Below the pieces are notes generated by a model. It saw only the letters and a list, made by a program, of their open reading frames with translations, did not search any database and was not told the origin of the DNA. From the human T2T-CHM13v2.0 reference genome, Homo sapiens, in NCBI RefSeq assembly GCF_009914755.1, contig NC_060928.1: a stretch of DNA of 64,000 nucleotides, one strand, 5' to 3'. Both the position numbers and the translations under genes were made by a program. Shown piece after piece: positions 58,423 through 64,000 of this stretch (positions are counted from its first letter, which is position 1; each line of letters starts with the position of its first letter).

Positions 58423-58694
58423 TCAAAATTTTGTACAGGAAATACAGAAAGGATAGCCTAAAAAGGACTTGAAGTGGCCAGCAAGATATCACCAGTGACT
58501 CAGGCATTTGTAGAAACAGGATTGATCCTCATTCCTGAGTTTCCATGATAACTGATACCGCTGGATTTAGAAAAGAAATAAGAAGATGGGCTAAAGGAGG
58601 TCAGAAGATTTCAGGGTACATTAATAAACTCATTCAAGAGATGTTTTTTGAGCACCTACAATACTCTGGGAATACAATAGCTGCTCAAAAATGT

Positions 58695-59340
58695 CTCATT
58701 TTAACATGAATGTTGGTTAAAACAACATGAATGTTGTTAATATTTTTATTTACAATGATGGGTAATATGAGGCTGAAACAATGAAGATACATCTCAGAAA
58801 TTTTGGAATGTCACTCTATAATAATTTTCTGATACTGGAAGACTATTTCCTCAATTTTTTGTGCTACTCAAAATATAACAGCTAAAGACTTAACACACTT
58901 TTAAGTGTAATCTACATTATTGATATTTTCTCCATATTTTCATTAGGTCTAGACAATCTACAAAACAGTACATCATGCCCTAATTTGTAGCATTTACTAA
59001 TTTCTATGGTATTAATACCCCCACCAGGCCAATTTTAAGCTATCAATGAGACAGCACTCAATAAGCGGTTGGGAAGAGAGTCACAATAGTGGACCATTAT
59101 GTATTATTTACACCATGCAGAGAGAGTAGATGTAAATAATCTTAAGAGCTTAGATAATAGTAAAGATATACTACTCCACTAAAGAAGTGATGCGTTCTGA
59201 GCAATTACTTTGTTTTTAATATAACTTAATTGTAAGAGTATATAATTTAATTTTTTAAAATTTCTGTGTGTAACAACTGGCTCACAAAATCCCTGAAAAT
59301 TTAACCATCTATACTTGTAAGCTGGGATAAGTCAGCTATC
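58695..59340. mobile_element. MER63 (C/D-like, hAT-Blackjack) inserted in L2
   Basis: TTTGTAGCATTTACTAATTTCTATGGTATTAATACCCCCACCAGGCC...TAACAACTGGCTCACAAAATCCCTGAAAATTTAAC. Confidence 0.82.
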
Positions 59341-60149
59341 CCTCCTTTTGCTATGTAGAGAATGGCTTTTAAGAAGCAAAAGTAGAAACAGAAGGCTCTG
59401 ATAATTGCCTGGGTGACAGATGATGGTGGTTTGAACTATGGTGGAGGTAGTGGAGGTAATACGAGTAGTTGGGTTTGGGATCTGTTTTGGAGAAAAAACT
59501 GGGAGAACTTATGATGAGTTTCATGCCTCAACTTCCTCATGTTTGTTTGAATTTAGAGTATTTCTGGACATTTTTTTTTTTTTTTTGCCTACCTCCGTAA
59601 TTTTGTTTCTGTTACTTTTAAGCAATGCAAATAAATATCAAACAGGTGAGCTTATTTAACAATATTAATCTTATAACACAATTAACACAACATTATTAAA
59701 ACCAATGATGAATAAGCCTAATTAAAGCAGCATTTGGGGATTTGAGGAAATGTAGATACTTGCGTTCTGCTCTTAAAGCAATTCAAAATCCAGATGTTCT
59801 TTCCTTTGCTCTTCTCTAAGTACAGGCTGATCTTAGTAGATTAATAGTTGGGTATATTTAAAAGAAACATGCATGTAATCAATTATTTGGAATGGTGTAG
59901 CACTTTTATTTGGGAAAGATACACCTCTATATGAATAATGGAAATGCTTACAAAGACGATACATTTTTGAGAACTCTGATTTCTCTTTACATGGTCCAGT
60001 CCTTCTTATTTTCAACTGTAATGCATATTTTAGCATATGGATGCACTATTTCTGTCAGAAGGGATTGAATATTTACTACTTATCAACATAAATAAGCCAT
60101 CACATAAAGATAGAAAAGTTCACAAAATCCACATTTATTTTAAGGGAGT

Positions 60150-60450
60150 AATTTAATCACAGATCTGTTTTTCAGCTTGCATCCCGATGCAGTGTTAGGA
60201 ATATAGCCCATGTCTTTTCAGTAATTAAAGGCATTATGAACATCCGCTGATGCTCTTCGAACATGCCCCACTGTCTCTCGGTGGGTGTTAGGAAACTTCA
60301 ATAAGTGATGATGAGATTAGCCCTTACATTACAATTTGAATTAGAAATATTATGAATAATTGTGTTGATTATTGCTCTTGAGATGAGTCAGCGTATTTCC
60401 CCCCCATTTGTGACTAATTATAAGCTTAGGATCGATTCCTCCTGTTTGGT
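60150..60450. promoter_or_regulatory. Candidate enhancer
   Basis: No recognisable TE; 6 CpGs; TAATTA homeobox motifs and ATGAGTCAGC (AP-1/ARE-like) at 60383-60392. Confidence 0.35.
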
Positions 60451-63239
60451 GAACATTTTTTTAAGAAACTAAAATTGAAATTGACTCCCTGGTTTAACTA
60501 AATAATGTTTTCACATTATCGGTGACTTAATTGAATGTCTAAAACTTAAGAAAGTCACAGACAGCAGATCAATGCCTCCTTCCTTTACATTCTGAATGGA
60601 GATGTGAATTTGAAAAGAGAAACTGATTGTTTCTTGGGGTAAAAGCTTACAGTTCCCTAGTCGTGCACTTTGCCTTATGAAATGCATTGGGTTTTCTCCT
60701 TAACAAGGCCAGTTGACAATAAGTAACCTGTATCCCACTTTGCATCAATAGTAAAATAGTAAGAACCCTGTGCTGCTGGGCCAGGAGACCCAGATTTCAG
60801 TCTTGGACTTTGAACTAATTATTTGCAGAATTTAGTAGGCCCTAATTCCAAATTTTCTTGTCAGTAAGAGAACGAACTTGAGTTCTAAGCTCTCTTAGGT
60901 ATACAAGATAATCCTCAATTTTTTCATTTATTATCGTGTTGGTTTTCATATATATGAGTCTGAAAAATAGCAAGATGTTATATTGAGTGCATCAGAATGT
61001 GTTTTCCTTACCTGTACACATGCATTATTTGAAGAAAGGCCTTAATTGTACGAATTCAATTTCAACAATAAAGGTACAATATGAGGCAGATGGAGACAAA
61101 ACCCAGCACATGTGTCTGAGTTCTGTTTTATTTAATTAAGGAAATGTACTTAAGAAATTTTCCAGTACAATGCTTTTGTTGTTGTTGTTGTTTGATTTTG
61201 TTTGCTCACTGGGTATCAATAATTAACAGAAAGATGAATTTACTCTCTTTCTATAGAGTCCTAATTCATTGATATGATATGGATTATTTGAAAGCATTCA
61301 TAATCTTCATTTATCTTTTACTACTACTAAACATACCATTATTCTTTATTAAAGCTCTCATTTCTACTGAATGTACTAAAAAGCAAATATTTATAAAACC
61401 TTGCAAGAATGTTTTTGAAAGTTGGTTTAGATTAGGGGGAAAAAAAGAACTAAAGGGATAAAAAGAAACTATAGGTAATTCAGAAGACAAAGCAAGTAGG
61501 ATCATGGAAATATAAAAGTAAGACACAGTTTTTAGCTCTCTGGCCCCATCCTGCACTCGGCTTCCCACTGAATTTCCACTCCAGAGAGAGGCCATTGAAC
61601 GTCCACATCTGTTTTTTTAGGAGCCCCAGATCAGTCTCAACTGCGATCACCAGGCAACATCAGGAGGTGGGAGTACCCCAGAGAGCTGGTCTCACATTTC
61701 TGGATCATTTCTGCATTCCACTCAACAGAGCCATCTCTGTTGCTGTCTTTCTCTCCATGTGCCCCTTAGAAAATTGTAATTTCATTTCTACCCTCTCTAT
61801 TGGTGCCCCGTTCATTAAAGAGACTCCTGAAATCCCTCCATTCTGTAGACATTCAGTTCGTCACTGACCCAGAGCTCCCTACTGACTGCAGAAAACTGAA
61901 GACAGTTCAGACTCTGAGGGAATATACCCCAACACCCTAAAAGACAAAGCCCTCCTGTCCTCCCACAAACCTGCTCTCCTGACTATTTTTCTGTTTCCCC
62001 TCCACAACTTATAGCACTCATTTCTTTTTCAGTGATTGTTTTCCCTATGTAACTTCTTCTTTCTGCCCCTATTCAATCACCTTATTTAAATTACTTGAAT
62101 ATTTTTCTTTCAGAAATAGTAAGTATTTGGATATACATATACTTTTTTATATTCCATAAATTGTGACATCTCATAATAAAGTAATGCTCAATTTGGTTTT
62201 AATCAGATAGTTGCACACATTTAACAGGAGACATGTATGTTTGTAAAAAATTCCTATGTTAAACTTGAGCTTGTACTTGTGGACACTTTCAACTTCTTCA
62301 GATGCCTGCAGGCTGGCCTCTCCCTGTTGGTTTGCCCCACACACAGCCTCTCCAGCACAAGCAGATGAAGGAAATGTTGTCTGTGACCCACTGCTGTATT
62401 CAGCTTTATTACTTGAAATTGATATGAGCTTATCAACAGTTCATATCAGTTTCATGGGTAAGAGGAATAGAGAGGCAGGTGAACTTAGAACTTCTCACCA
62501 TTCATAGTCATGCTATTTCCGGAATCCAATGTTTGATTCTCCTTCTCTGATCACAACCTTCTATCCTTGCACCTCTCTGACTTCTTTACTCGCAAACTTG
62601 TTCTTCATCCTCATCTCGATCGCTACTTATTCAGGCCTCCGTTTGTTCCCCAGCCATCATTTTGTCCTGCTTTCCCTTGACCCCTTCCTCAGACTGTGAC
62701 TCACAGGCAGGCATCGTCCTGAGAGTGCATTAAACAGCACCCTAATGCTTGGCCCCGTTGGCTCACCCAGCATGCCAGTCCTGGCTCTGGAAGCCCCAAC
62801 TACCAATTCTCTGTTTTCCTTCCAAGTGGCCACAGGTTATCAATGAAAGCCAAGAAAATATCTATTAAATAATTATGCTATCTAATATCAGCTGGGCCCT
62901 CTCTGCAGCTTGCAATCCTTTTATCTGGATTTATTGATTAAACATCAAAATTCTGAAAAATCCATTCGGGCAGTCACAAAAGTTAAAAGGTTGGCATGTG
63001 CAAGCCCATGGAGTCAGGGAATGGACAAAGGGAAGCCCTGGTGCAGGCTGGTCTGGGACAGGAGTGACAGGCAGGGCCCAAGAGAGTCAGGTTAGAGGAG
63101 AGCTCAGCACAACCTGGTTGGCAGGACCAGTGCTGCTGTTTGCACATGCTCCAAAGTCTGTGCTCAAAGCTGACAAAGATAAATTCCAATGTGTTTGAGC
63201 AAATAGGCTTTGCTCATCCTCAGCCAATAAATATCCCAT

Positions 63240-63580
63240 ATCCTGAACAGGCTCCCAGTTGACTTCTTGGTACAATTTGAGTTGATGGTCTGCGCAGCTG
63301 TGTAGAAATGAGGGCTTGGGTTACATCACAGACAACCTCTCTGACTATAATTGCCCCATTACAGGAGTGATCAACTGAGACGTCATTGCCAAAAGTCCCT
63401 CATTGTGAACTCCCCGAGACCGGATACAGACTATTTTTGATGGAAGGCCAATTGCTCAGGGATTTACTGCCGTTAGCGATTCTACGGAAGGCAACGAGGC
63501 TTGCTTTCAGGGCGCAACGAAGAAGCCATCTGTTTGCTCAGACCTTTGCCTGAGTGCAAGCCTCGTAGTCCCCAGGGGCT
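63240..63580. promoter_or_regulatory. Candidate hypomethylated regulatory element
   Basis: 11 CpGs in ~280 bp outside any Alu; near-CRE GACGTCA, CCAAT and EBF-like TCCCCAGGGG. Confidence 0.45.
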
Positions 63581-64000
63581 TTGTTGATGTTATTGTTATT
63601 GTTATTCTTCATTATTTATTGATCGTCCCAAATACATAATGTACTGAGGGATGATAATGTTCATGAGAAACATAGTTTATGTGTATGAAAAATGCTTAAT
63701 CTAATATGCTATACATAATGTTTGGAAGAATAGTGCTTCTTATCTGGCAACTGATAGAGTTGACTATTTAGAGGTAGAAGGTTTTTCTGTTTTTGTTTGT
63801 TTTGCTTTTTTAGGTAGGAATGAGTGTTTATAAAAATCAACCAAGAATCCTTATCAAAATAGTTTAATGTATGATTAGCTTATAGTACTTGTTGTTTGAT
63901 CTAGATCAGTTTGTGCCCACATAGTCTCTCTTTTTTCCCTTCTTTTCCCTTCCCTTTTCTTATTTCCTTCATTTATTTATTCAAGACATATTTATGAGCA

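Overview
AT-rich, CpG-depleted primate (most likely human) non-coding genomic DNA, either a large intron or intergenic sequence. I found no protein-coding gene, RNA gene, CpG island or CRISPR array that I can support, and I could not name the locus. Much of the window is interspersed repeat: about 17 Alu/FLAM copies, many L2 and MIR fragments, one old L1 3' end, probable L3/CR1 remnants, MaLR/ERVL LTRs (MLT1D, MLT1J/K-like, MER77), a full-length THE1 provirus and hAT DNA transposons (MER33, MER94, MER63). Repeat family names come from my recall of consensus sequences, not from a RepeatMasker run, so boundaries of old repeats are approximate. Highlights: (1) a ~375-bp, ~96%-identical inverted duplication of ancient L2 sequence (45497-45871 vs 46772-47148) whose junction looks like a multi-step template switch with an 18-bp perfect palindrome; (2) a full-length THE1 inserted inside an AluJ with a clean 5-bp TSD, whose two LTRs differ in whole sequence blocks and whose 5' LTR keeps a DUX4 motif, a TATA-like box and a splice donor; (3) two very closely spaced inverted Alu pairs; (4) a TE-poor block (33.3-37.1 kb) with coding-like minus-strand fragments that may be a decayed gene (speculative); (5) several CpG-retaining, motif-rich unique segments that look like enhancers.
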